64,000 nucleotides of DNA, taken from the NCBI GenBank assembly GCA_963693365.1, contig CAVNZM010000001.1, positions 375,925 to 439,924 of the forward strand, read 5' to 3'. The position numbers were made by a program, and so were the translations under genes. The stretch comes from Amoebidium appalachense (lineage: Eukaryota > Protista > Ichthyosporea). A model generated the notes under the pieces. It was not told the origin of the DNA and did not search any database. It worked only from the letters and a program-made list of their open reading frames with translations. This document shows positions 1 through 43,165 of this stretch, in pieces (position 1 is the stretch's first letter; every line of letters begins with the position of its first letter).

Positions 1-96
1 CGGGGCGGGGCGCCCCGACCCCCTCCCCTTGTCGGTGCCAGTGCCACTAGGGAACCCGATGATTCAACAACAAAACTGACAGTTATGGGCATGCAC

Positions 97-29797
<29,701 letters not shown>

Positions 29798-29921
29798 TTC
29801 AGTTTGTGGCCGAGAAACCTCCAAGAAAAAACATAATTAGCTAATTTTGCTTGTTTCAGGCCTTTAAAGTTTTTGTACCTACCATTAAGGTGCTAGTTCC
29901 TAACATATCATACCCCCTCTC

Positions 29922-29959
<38 letters not shown>

Positions 29960-30723
29960 TTCAAGTCTGTTCTGATCGATTCCCCTCCATTCTTTCTTCT
30001 TTTTCCCCTTCCAAAATGGTTGCACTCTGTAACAAGCAAAACAAAACCCTTCATATGAAAAACTTCGCTAAAGCGCTATACCTGCTCGCCGTGTCGCCTT
30101 CAACGGTAACCCGTTCCACCCGGTAAATTTCTTCCGTTATGATATATAAACAGGCGCCTGCAACTGACCGTGTGCTTGCAAACGTACTGCACCGGGTTGT
30201 ATAGACCTTTGCGGATTTTGACGTCACAGCGGCGATCGGATTTGAAAGGGGACAAGGCTGTCGCAGCAAATACTACTGTAGTACTGGAAAACACTACTAA
30301 ACACAGCAACGGGCATAGTTACAAAGCTAAAAGATAGCAAAAAAATACATAAGAAAACATGCGGTCATGTTTGGCACACATTTTTCTAGAATCAGTGCGA
30401 AGATCACGGGCGGTTGTGCAGCGGGGCGCTGTGTAGCCCAGCCGAGGCAAATGACTACCAGAACCACTTGGTTAGCCGAAGTGACTGCAGCGAACTCAAC
30501 GGATGGGAGTTACTGTAGAGTGTGCGCCTCGACACGCACACCACACTCCACCCGCGCACTGCACATGCACTGCGCACGGGTCACAGGATGCGGAGGGCTA
30601 GTAAACGATACTTATACCAGTCCGCACAGACTAACTAGAGCTCAGTGCACTTTGCCACTTTGCATCCCTCGACACCGTACAAAACACTCCCCCCGCCCCC
30701 TTCCCGCCACACGGAAACGTACA

Positions 30724-30801
<78 letters not shown>

Positions 30802-31427
30802 TACATGTGGTGCCGCCCACACACCGCACTTGGAAGGGGGCTACACACACACACACACAGACACACACACACCAAAAAAAAAAAAAAAAAAACACGCACA
30901 CGCACACACACACACATACACACACACACACACACACCGTGGCACTTCACACACCGCACTTGGAAGGAGGTTACACGCACACGCCCACACACACACACAC
31001 AGTCTCTTTCTCTCTCTCTCACAGAGGGGGGTTTATCTCGGGATGATTTTAACACGGAAAGCCTTTCACACCATTCCTCTCCCTGTCTCCTCTCCCCACC
31101 CTACACCGTGACTGACACCACGTCAGCATCCACACTGAATCTCTGCCTGTTACTCTCTCCCTTCCTAGAAACACACACTGTCCACCACCTGCCAGACTGA
31201 ATGGGCGCCGCCCGCCGCCCGCCTCTTCTGTCTGTCGCATTCTCGGTCCCTCCCTCCCAATCCTACACACACACTGCCACCTCCACACAGCACACACACA
31301 ACAGACGCCTCCACCGCCCCCTTCCCATCTTCACGAGAAATCTGTCTTTCTTCCTCTCTCCCTTTTTAACTTTCTCTTCTCTCTCTCTCTCTCTCCCTCC
31401 CTCCCTCCCTCCCCCCCCCCCCCCCCC

Positions 31428-31496
<69 letters not shown>

Positions 31497-31598
31497 TGCC
31501 CCCCGGCCCCCTTTTTCTGTCTCTCTCCGAGCCCCCCCCCCCCCCCCCCCCCCCCCGGCTCCCTTTCCCCTCTCCCTCTCCCTCCCTCCCTCCCTCCC

Positions 31599-31651
<53 letters not shown>

Positions 31652-31908
31652 CTCTCACATCTCGAGAACTCTCTCTGTCCCCTCACCCCCCCTCCCCCCT
31701 TTTCTGTTTCTCTCCGAGCCCCCCCCCCCCCCCCCCCCCACCCGCCCGGCTCCCTTTCCCCCTCTCCCTCTCCCTTCCTTCCTCCCCTGTCTCTCTCTCT
31801 CTCTCTCGCCCCCTCCCCCTCTCATCTCTCTCTCTCCCCACACGCTGGCTAGCAACTTGTGGCTCCCCCCCCTAGATCTCCCCCTTTTGTCTCCTCTTTG
31901 GCTATATC

Positions 31909-31939
<31 letters not shown>

Positions 31940-32883
31940 CCCCCCCCCCCCTCTCTCTCTCTCTCTCTCCTCCCCCCCCCCCCTCTCTCTCTCTCTCTCC
32001 CCCCCCCCCCCCCCCCCCCGTCTTTGGGGTCTATAAATCTCCCCACTCCATCCCTGCCCTCTCCCCCCACCCCCCCTCCCCCCCTTTCCCCCCCTTCTTT
32101 TTGAGCTCCGGGTTCTCTTTGTTCTCACCCGATCAAAAGCAACAGTGGGTATAAGAACCAGCTGCGGCTGAGAGATGCAGTAAAATAAGCTGTTTAAGAA
32201 TGCTGCCTCTCAAGACTTTCAGGCTGTACACTCATATCGTACCCTCGGACTCGAGTCCCCGGAGTTCCATTGCGATGACTTCATCCCCTTCCCCCCCCCT
32301 CACCCACCCACCCACCCACCGACACACACACACAAAAGAAATAACTTTTGATCCAACCGTGCTAGATGCGAGTGTACAATCTGTTTCAAGTGCAGCTGCC
32401 CCCTTTACGAATCATTTGTGCATCCATTGTGTATATCCAACCCTACCTATGCCGTGTCGCTTCACAATGTGCAATGCCATGCTGTTTGTGCTTGCTGTTA
32501 TCCTTCACATACAGACCATGTTTCTTTTTTCCCCGAAGTTTTCTATCTGCAAAGGGCATCTGGCGTAGCCAACCCATATCAACTATAACTACCCGGTTTG
32601 AAGGTGCTCGCTCTTGTTAGATGGCCTTGTCTGATGGACCATTCAAAGCGGGCAGCAAGCCGTCTATCCCCATTATTGAAAACAGAAAAAACAAGAAACC
32701 TGCACACATCGTCAAAATTATGTAGCTATGAAAGTCAGCTTCTGTCATCTGATGTTATAAGATAGTGATGGCTGATGCTACGACAATCATCCATGACGGG
32801 CGAAACCCTTGGGCGCACATGCTTGGTTCGTCGTATTACCCCCTAGGGCTGGGCCTATTTACTATCCCCAGGGGGGAGAGAGA

Positions 32884-32929
<46 letters not shown>

Positions 32930-33018
32930 GAGGGGGGGGGGGGGGGGAGGGGGAGGGGGAGGGTGTACAGAGGGAGAGGGAGGGGGCCGGAGAGAGGGGG
33001 GGGGGGGGGAGGGGGGGG

Positions 33019-33073
<55 letters not shown>

Positions 33074-33095
33074 CCGGCATCGGAGGGCCGTGAGA

Positions 33096-33145
<50 letters not shown>

Positions 33146-33176
33146 AAGATTGAAGTCTCGAGAGAGAGAGACTCTT

Positions 33177-33259
<83 letters not shown>

Positions 33260-34775
33260 TTTATCATACATTTTCCGGTACTAGTGGGGTAGGCCATTTA
33301 TTGTGTCGGCGCCGATTGGCGTTTCCATATGCCCGTGCATGCGCGCAAGGATATATACCCACCATTTAGCACATGCACGCAAGAGTAGAAGTTACCAAAA
33401 CACTCAGGGAAATGTATCAGTATAACATAATAATGATAATATTCGCAGCTTGTTACATTGTGTACGTAAGGCACATGGTTCACACAGTGCGCCGGTCAGT
33501 CCGGGTGAGCGCTGTAGCAGTAGCAGTACCGTAGTGCTGTGGGGCCAGCATCCCTCTTCTAAGTGAACCAATAATCAGCACGTCCCTTCCCCCTCTTCTC
33601 GTTCATTAGTGCACCTAAACTTATTAACGAATAGGAGGCCGTAGACCACAAACACAGAAAAAAACAGCAGTAAATGAGCATGACATAGAGCCAACAAACT
33701 ATATACAAGTCAGCACATGAAATAACAGTTCGAGAACACGGCCACCTGTTGATAATGCACGATTGATCGGATAGAAGCGTCTGATCAAACCGAATGCGAA
33801 TTTTTTTTTACTGGCTTCCGGAAATACAGGCGTCAGTATATACTGTAGACGTGGAGCGCGGAAACTGTTTTTTATTAGATTTCACTCAGACGAATTTCTT
33901 TTTATTGGAGACATTTCGAGCGGGGTAAAAGACCGCTGATGTTTCTTCGGCAAGTTATTCAAACCCTAACGTTCAGTCGCTTAGCCAATCAAGCACGCGT
34001 ACCAGCTGCTGCTTTTCGGCGCCGCCAGTTCTGTTCATGCCCGGCCTAGCCCGGCCTGCGAAAAACTCGTGAAGGCGCGCGCGTACGTACGGGCGCCTTG
34101 TTATTATCGAGTCTGCCTATAGCTAAAGTCAGAGCTTCAGAAAACAGCAGCTGGGAGCGTAGTTAATTTTTCGCTTCTCGTGCCCTTTTATGTTTTTATA
34201 TTTTGCTTTAGCAATGTAGCGTCAGAATCTGAGTGGCCAGCCAGGTGGCAAGCTGCTCATCAAATGTGTAACGATTTGCCCGTCTGATGCTCAAAACACC
34301 TGAGTCAGTTCTTGCAAGCTCCATAACACACAATAAAGTAGATTCACGACTCCCGCAGTGCAAAACATATAATAATTGCGGGTTTAGAGGATATATGCAT
34401 CCCGTTTTTACGTTTTCCCGTAATCATCTGTTACAAGTTCATGATCATCGCCGGGCTGAAGTGTGCAGTGAAACACTGTGATATGGTGCATGTGCGTTTG
34501 TGTGCATGCTTTATCTAGACTAGGAACCCACGTGACGGGGCACCTACCCTTGTCTGTGTGTTTTGGTGTTGTGGTGCAAAAAAAATTCACGTTGCATGTG
34601 CACGCGTGCATCCATGTGTCGGTGTGCGTGATTTTGTTTGTGTGTGCACGTGTATTTGTGTGTGCCCGACTGTACGGTGTTTGTGTATGTCTTTTGGTGA
34701 TTCAACGCGCTTGTGTATATGTGTGCGCATTTTTGTGGCCGTAGGTAGGTGCTTGGGTCAGCACGCATGTGCACA

Positions 34776-34820
<45 letters not shown>

Positions 34821-35335
34821 AACAACAACACACACACACACAGACACTGCCCACACACACAGGGCTGGCACACACGTACCCGTGTACACACATACACATA
34901 CATGCGCACGCACTCACCATGGTCCGCCACACGTGCACACACACAAGCACAAAAACATATTCTATATGCACACACGGCCTTGCCGTTCTGTGAATAGAGA
35001 GAGCACAACACAGACACCTAAGTTACCACACACAAACACCTGGCAAGCACACACACACACACACACCCACACACCCACATACACACATACACACACACAC
35101 ACACACACACAAGCACACACACACACACACACACAGTGTGTGTACACGCACACACACACGTGCCCTCGCACGCGCACATGCCACATACACTTGAACACAC
35201 CGGACACAAAAAACGGCTCGTACATACACACAGTGGGGTCAAAGGTGGCAGCGGAACTAGGAGGGGGCGGAGGGAGGGCGCTGGGAGGTGGAGGGGGGGC
35301 GGGGGGGATAGGGGAAAAGGCGGGATAAGGGGGGG

Positions 35336-35369
<34 letters not shown>

Positions 35370-35486
35370 GAGGGGGGGGGGGGGGGGGAGCGGGGAGGAA
35401 GGGAAGGGGCATCCACCTGCTAAGTGTCAATGCGCGTGTGCAGACATGCACATGGGCACACACACACATACACACACCCAGCCACC

Positions 35487-35517
<31 letters not shown>

Positions 35518-35697
35518 GCGCACCAGCGCGCATACACACTTCCTACACACATACAGGCCTGGTAGGCACGTACAGATGTACACTCGCCGTCAATACCACA
35601 CGTGCGCGCATACTAGCAGAACACATGCACACACGGTGTTGCCACTTTGTGGTCGGAGACAGAACAACACACACCAGCCACCACACTCAAACACGTG

Positions 35698-35739
<42 letters not shown>

Positions 35740-35761
35740 CAACACACACACACACCCACAG

Positions 35762-35793
<32 letters not shown>

Positions 35794-36424
35794 GCAAAGT
35801 GTATACACATGCACACATGCGCTCACGCACACATGCCACATACAAAAGCACCGGGGGGAAGTGGGGGGGGGGTGGGGGGTAGTAAAGAGGGGATCACACA
35901 TGCTACTGCACTTTCGTGACCAATCTTTTTGTAGAGTTACACGAGCTGCATGCGCAACATATCAAGGACGGACACATACACACAATACCAGCTGCGGCGC
36001 GCACGGTGACGCACACACCATCACATACACAGTACACACGCACACACATCACATGGCATACACATACACACAAACCGTGACAATCACTACTAACACAAAC
36101 ACACACACACGTCTGCATGCACACACACACACGTCCATACACACACCATCCACAAGCAAAGACCAGATGGCACGCACACTGCTACTATACAAATGTAATC
36201 CACTGACAGAAACAAAACTCAAACTGGCACACACACACACACACACACACACACTGACGCACACCTACACTATGGTACACAAATGTGGCCCAAACTCGAC
36301 TTAATGCAGTTGCACACACCGTGACACTACAATTGGGGGCGCGGCACCCCGTGAATGGTGACGTCACAAGTGACGTCACATTCACGCGGTCCCGCAGCCC
36401 CCAAAATATGGGATATGTGGATAT

Positions 36425-36653
36425 GGGGGTTTACGCTGTTCACTCGAGGCAAAGAGAACCAGTCTCAGGTATGGGGGGGGGGGGGTTTGCTCGGAATATC
36501 CCCTCAGCGGTATATCATGATCACGTACATTGATGTCGGGTGATGACTATATATCAGGGTTTACTTTCTCTACGAGACACCATAAAGACTACAAGGAGAA
36601 ATCAATTAGTTGGGGTTCCCCGTTTTTTTATTTTTTATTTTTTTTTTTTTTTT

Positions 36654-36701
<48 letters not shown>

Positions 36702-36733
36702 GGGCTCGCCTCGGGACACTCGGTATCAGCTGG

Positions 36734-36786
<53 letters not shown>

Positions 36787-38865
36787 TGTGTGTGTGTGCG
36801 CGTGCGCTATAATTTTGTAGTGATGTGTTTCTCAAGCCAATCAATACATCTAATAAACAGGTCGTAGTTACGCGTGTTTAGTATAAAATCAAGGATGCCA
36901 TGTGTAATATACAGGTAGGCTATCTTTCTGGGTGTCTGTTGTGAATGTGACGTGTGTGTGTTGCGGTATTATGTGGTCTATCAAACTACATTTGGCGATA
37001 CATGACCGGTTAAACTGGTGTGTGTGTGTGTTGTTTGGGCATGCAAATGATGCCACCTTAAACTTATTAGATCTCCACTGTATAGCACGTGTACAGTAAA
37101 AGCGTGGTAATTGATCAATAATACCATCAGTTAGAGAAAGACCAGTTCTACAGGAAGGTAATATGTATTTAGGTGTTATACATTTGCGAGTGCCATATTT
37201 GGCAATATGATTGAGGCGGTCAGTATATATAAAACGAGACATAAGGCTTAGTTTTTCAAGGTGTATGCTTTCATCGGGTCTAGTGTCGTGTGGTATCTTT
37301 TTCCATTTGTTATATTGCGTGATTATCTTGTGATTGTGTACATGTTTAATAAGTAAGTGGCAGTCCAAAGTCACACACACACTGTTGCGGGGTTTATTTG
37401 TATTTGTGCCCAGGGGAGAAGGGGAGAGAGAGGGGAGGAAAGAGGGGAGAGGTGAGGAGGGGACAGGTCGGATAGAGAAGAGAGGGTGGGAGGGCAAATA
37501 CTTCTTTAAGCGGCTTATGTGCTTATTGAATTTCAGCGCGAGATAGGATACTCTAGCAGCTATTGGGACCAGACCATATATCGAGAGCGTTACAATGCCC
37601 AGGTTTACAACAGTTGTAAGATAGAAAGGAGGCAACTTCTGCTTCAAGGAAATTTGCCAAGGGTTTAAGCGCTCTAGTTCTCTCTTTCTTGATCCAAGCG
37701 GCGAGAAGGGGTAAACCATATTCACATGCCGGGAAGACAAAAGTGCGAATAAATGTAAGTCTAATAGAAGGATGGAGGGGTGTGTCTTTAAAAATATTAG
37801 CCGAGAAGAAAGCTAACCGCTTATGAGCCAACTCTACCCTCTTTTCGACCATAAGGGGAAACATAACACCAACAGAATCAACCGGAACACCAAGATATTT
37901 GTATTCTGGGACTATAGGTACAGGTTTAGATAATAATGTAAATGTGTGTAAGTTGTTGGCTATATCAGGTACAAGAACACCACAGTTGTCTATGTTAAGG
38001 ATCATAAGGTTTGCCTTGCACCACTCTGACACTACATCGAACAATCTTTGCAGGCGTCTAGGGGTACGGGCAAGGAGGGACAGATCATCAGCATAGAGAA
38101 GTGCAGGCGGAAAGTTATTAATAGGGTCACCGTTTTCGGCGTAAATCTTGACAGCCAAATCATCTATAAATAGGTTAAACAAAAAGGGGCTAAGCAATGA
38201 ACCCTGCAAGAGACCTCTAGTACGAGCAAAACCATATGAAAGATGCCCATTAACCACAGCTCTACCATAGGTTTGAGACAAGAGTGCTTCTAACAGAACA
38301 CCAATGCAGTGTGGTACACCCCGTGCAGCAAGCTTTTCCCATAGGAGACCAGGGGAGACAGAATCGTAAGCAGTTTTCCAATCAATAAAGCCAACATATC
38401 GTGCACCAACTTGCATAGAATCGTGCAGTGCCATTATTTGAACATAACATGTATTGTTTTTACGAAAAGCGGATTGGCATGGGTGTATGTGAAGAATAGA
38501 TTGAAACCTAGGGTGATGTGCAAATAACCTAAGTAAGCAAGCTTCAAAGAATCTACGAACAACCTGGGTTAGTGTAATGGGGCGAAAGGATGATATGGGG
38601 CCCTCAGAGTCTTTCTTAACTATGGGGATCACTAAGGTATCTAACCAAGATGACGGGACATGTCCACATTTAACACACCAAGAAAAGAGAGAGCTTAACA
38701 TGATAGTAAGATCAGGTTTAATAGCACGATCACTTTCCTTTTGTGGGTAGGAGGGAACAAGGATTTTAAGAAACCCAGCAGGGAGTCCATCAGGCCCACA
38801 AGACTTACTAGAGCTATAACTAGATATCACAGACCATATGGTATCAGGACTGAAAAAGGGGAGGA
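36425..38865 (-). mobile_element. LINE copy 1 (3' portion), interrupted by the 5' LTR of copia A
   Basis: Reverse complement of LINE copy 2 from the pre-RT region to the TAAACCCCC end; carries frameshifts. Confidence 0.93.
36811..38830 (-). pseudogene. Frameshifted non-LTR reverse transcriptase ORF2 fragment
   Basis: GPDG, FRPITL, QSAFR, IDWKTAYDSV, GLLQGSLLSPFLF, LLYADD, YKYLG; split into ORFs 37553-38830 and 36889-37740. Confidence 0.9.
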
Positions 38866-39790
38866 TGTTGTAATACGTAGTTTTTACATATGGTAAGATC
38901 TTCTCAGTTTGTGTTATGTTTCAGTTCATATGCTTAGTGTATATGCCACACTCCTATCATGTAAAGTGTAGCATCGATCTCCGATATGCTTGTATACTTG
39001 TAATCGTGTTGTATCGGCTTTAATCGTGTGTTGTAATATCGATTAGAATATTTTTTTGTGTGTACACGGATCCACCCACTCAGGGAGAGACGTGTACATG
39101 TTCGTGTGTACATAAATATCTCTGGTTATAGTTATGCTATTACTATCTTGTTTGTTGATCTGTGCTCTCTTTTCCTTCCTCTTTCTCCTTCCTTATTTTC
39201 TTTTCTTTCTCTCCTTGTCTTCATGTGTATAATCGTATTTCTTTTCTACTAATATATGTTAGGTAGATTTGTGTTACTTAATACGTGTTCATTGGACGGT
39301 AACACACTTAGGCTACACTTAGAATAGCATGTGTGTTTAGACTTCATTAATTCACTTTAGTTTTCATGTGTTGCCGGGCTTTAACCAATCATCAAGGTTA
39401 AGTGTGATATGTCTGAGTCTTTGCAGTATGTCATAGGTTAGAACTTCCTTGATGATGACACGAGTTGATCTTAACTAGTGTCTGTGTCCTATCGTGTACG
39501 TCTCCGCGTACCGGATCTCTCTGAAAGCAATTGGTTCTTAGTGATTGGTTTCTATTAGAGATGGATCTGATTTCCGACCAGTCGGAAATCATGTATGGAT
39601 TGGACTTAGAGGAATTTCAGGTATTTATTCGAAGATCAGAATAAATTCAGTTCAGTCGTGTCTAAACATTGATGTCTGTTGTGTACACTGCTCCGATCGT
39701 TCCGTGTTTTGTTGTTGTGTGTGTCTGTGGTGTTTTCACACTGCACCACTGTGTCTCTGCTTACATCCCAAATACTTATACAATTTAACA
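38866..39790 (+). repeat. 5' LTR of copia A
   Basis: tgttgtaatacgtag...caatttaaca; homologous to the copia B LTRs and near-identical at the 3' end. Confidence 0.9.
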
Positions 39791-39852
39791 GGTTATGCAG
39801 CCCTTTTGCACGCTCCCTACACACATCTAGAACTAGCGATCGTTTTTCAATC

Positions 39853-42838
39853 ATGGATCCAAACAAAACTGGTGTAAACAAAATAACCATGTGGAAAGGT
39901 GAAGGGAAGACTGGTCCCGATACCAAAACCCCCTATTTTCAATGGGAAATCATTTTTCTCGGCATGATGACCGGCACTAAAGGTGTCCGATTCATGGATG
40001 TTGTACTTGCTGACAACTACGTCCCCCCTACCACCGTCGCGGTTGACGGTGAACCCCCCTTCTACGGCTACGGCACTACCGCGGAGCTCAAGGAGGCCCA
40101 TGCTCCATATGATTCAGAACATCGACCCTTCCGTGCTCACCACCGTTGCCCAGTACCGTATTGGCATGGACCCTGAACGGGCCATGTGGAAATTCCGTCA
40201 ACACTACCTCCAAGGCAAACCCGATCAGATCCACATCCTTCACCGTCAGTGGGATGCCTGTGCCCTTCAGCCCGGTGAATCATTCACCACCTACCTGAGT
40301 CGTCTGCAGACCATCGTGAACCAGCTCCAGTCCCTCCAAGATGAGTCCATTCACTTCACTCGTCTAGCTGAGAAGTTCTTCAATGAACTCACCACCAGAG
40401 ACGACCTCACCCCTGAGTTCAACCGTCTTATCGAAGACTATCACTTCGGTGATAAGCTATTCCCCGACTTCGAGTCCCTCCACAACCACGTCAAGGGCAT
40501 CGAGTTACGTCAAGACCTCAAGATGCAACTCCGGAGCAACCGTGCCCACCGTGCCTCCAAGTCCAGCATGGCATTAAATGCCAGTGCTCCCCCCCGTGAT
40601 CTTCCTCGCCGTGACTTACGCAACCGACTTGACCGTACCCCTGGCACGGACCTCCGAACTCGTCTCTCCCGTCAGCACACCCGATCCCGTTCCCCCCACC
40701 GGCCTGCCTTCCGGTCCACGTCTCGTTGCCCCAGTCGTTCCCGTTTCTCGGGTTCCCGTCGTTCTGATTCCCCGGCTCGTTCTAACAACCCTTCCGTGAA
40801 AGCATGCTCCTACTGCCACGAGCCTGATCACACGATCATCGATTGCCCCGAGCCGAAATGCCGTATGTCCAGACACAACCGTTCCCGTCAAGGCAATGAG
40901 AAATCTGTCTCCTTTGCTTTCTCGGCCGCATACAATGCTAGCTCCGTCCCCGTGTCCTCCGACCCTGCCTGGGATTCCGGGTGCAACATGACTGTCTGCC
41001 CCACCCGTGAGTTCTTCCATGACCTCACTCCCCTTCCGACACCGACTCCCGTTGCTGCCTTCAATGGCACCCCCGTCTTGGCCACCCACACCGGCCATAT
41101 CGTCATCAACACCATCACCGACCATGGCACAGCCACCCTTACCATTGAAGCCTACTACACCCCGTCTGGCCAAGCCTTCCTCATTTCAACATCCCAAGCT
41201 GCTGCCGAATACATCAAGGGTGATTTGAATGATGCCTCCACTCCGTCATTCCTCTTCGACCGACTTACCGGCCGTCATCTCGTCAACCTCCGTCTACACA
41301 ACGGTCTGTATTACTTCAAGGACTACACCATTCAACCACCCACTCGTCCAGGACCTGTGGCTCTGGCTGCCACCACCAGTGTTAACCCATCCATCTGGCA
41401 CCATCGTCTGGGGCACCGTGCTATGACCAGCATCAAGGACATGGCGAAACACGACCTTGTTATTGGTCTCCCCTCGTCTGTCCTCGACTGTGATGTTCCT
41501 GATTGTCATGGCTGCATTATGGGTAAAACCACCAAGGCTCCGTTCAAGGGTGACCGTCCTCACTCCGACATCCCCGGTCATGAATGGCATTGGGATTTTT
41601 TTGAGCCTACCACAACATCGTACGGAGGTTCCAAGGTTGCTCTCGTCACTGTCTGCCGTGCCTCTGGACTCGTCAAGATCTACCCGATGACCGACCGTAC
41701 AACCACCCTGGACATTCTCACAGCTCACACCAACCTCGTTGCTACCCATGCCCCCTCCAAAGTTGGTGTCTACCACTTCGACTCCGGCTCTGAGTTCACC
41801 TCCAAGGCTACCCGTGCTTTTTGCCTCTCCCAGGGCATCAAGGCCAGCTATGCTCCGGTGGACTGCCCTCAACTGAACGGCTACGTTGAACGTCGTATGC
41901 GGTTCCTACAAGAGATTGTTCGTTGCCTCCTCCATCAAGTCCAAGATCAGTCTCTGTCCCCCAAACTGTGGGCTGAGGCCCTCCAACAAGCCGCCTACAT
42001 CATCAACGTCACCCCGTCCACGACTGCCAGTGGTCGTACACCATTCGAGGTTTTCTACGGTGTCAAGCCCGACATCTCCGAGCTCAAAGTGTTCGGTTGG
42101 CCTGCCTACACTCATGTGCCAGCCTCTAAACGGAACAAGCTGGCCCCCACCGTCAAACTCGGCATGTATATCGGCTATGATCTTCAATCACACTGCCACC
42201 GGATCTTCAACCCCACCACCCATCGTGTCGGCCTCTTCCGTGATGTGATTTTCGACGAATCAGCTTATCTCCCGTCCGACATTCCATCAACACTTCCGAC
42301 CCCCGACACCACTGCTACCTCGACCACCCCACCCCCCACAGTTGACACTGAAGATGATGTTTGTCTGGTAGTACTCTGGCCCCCCTCCTGCCATCGTCGT
42401 TCCCCCGACACCCCCCCCCCACCGGCCCCCCTGCCCCCGTGCCCGTCCAGCCTGCCGACCCTCATCCTGCCCCTGGCAACGTCACACCCATCCGACCCGG
42501 CTCCCCCGACAACTTCCACTCGGCCCCGTCCAGCCCGGAGGTTGCCCCCCCTGCAATTCCGAACTTCCAGGTTCCCCCCCCCCCCCGTCTCCACCTCCCC
42601 CGGTCCCTGCACCCCGTCGTTCTGCCCGTCTACAGGGCAAGGTTGGACTTCAAGCCACCACCACCCTGCCAGTCCCCCCCGGTCCCCCCATCAACATCGA
42701 CCAACTACCCAAACTTGTCCGTCAACTGTGTTCCGGACCCAATGGTGACCAGGTCAAGTCAGCCCTCACTGCTGAGTATCAAGCCTTCGTCGACAAAGAC
42801 ATCTTTGAACTTGTTGACCCTCCCCCTGGTGCTAACAT
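39853..42838 (+). pseudogene. Copia A gag-protease-integrase (frameshifted)
   Basis: Zinc knuckle CSYCHEPDHTIIDC, protease WDSG, WHHRLGH..CHGC, integrase HFDSGSEF..NGYVER; indels near 40097 and 42369 relative to copia B. Confidence 0.9.
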
Positions 42839-43165
42839 GACCCATGCGCGCCGGAAAACATTCAGAAAGCAGACAAAGAACGTAAAGTGTCTGCTAAGAA
42901 TGCGTGCGCCACACGTTGTCGTGTACGCATCAGCAAGGCAAAAGAGTTCCTCGCAAAGTTGGAAAACGATGCTACGAGGGTGATAGACACGGACACGAAG
43001 GAACCAATGTTTTCTGGTGAGAAACTGCTCGAGCGCAAACGCCGATGCGAGATGGAAATCGAGCTCTTCTGCGAACTGTTCGCGCTGGCGGAAGGTCGTG
43101 CATACGACCCCGTAAGCGACAAGTGGGAACCTACCCCACAGGTGTCGGACCAAACCGATGCCTAA
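42839..43165 (+). CDS. Probable C-terminal remnant of LINE ORF1
   Basis: Open charged frame (..KAKEFLAKLEND..ERKRRCEMEIELF..QTDA*) whose stop overlaps the ORF2 start (ATGCCTAA). Confidence 0.5.
   Translation, partial: DPCAPENIQKADKERKVSAKNACATRCRVRISKAKEFLAKLENDATRVIDTDTKEPMFSGEKLLERKRRCEMEIELFCELFALAEGRAYDPVSDKWEPTPQVSDQTDA

Noticed and set aside
32240-32275. B-box-like ggactcgagtcc suggesting a tRNA
   Set aside because: No cloverleaf or A box could be built.
38853-38865. aaaaaggggagga as a polypurine tract making 38866-39790 a 3' LTR
   Set aside because: It is LINE ORF2 antisense sequence, and the LTR is followed by a PBS and gag, so it is a 5' LTR.
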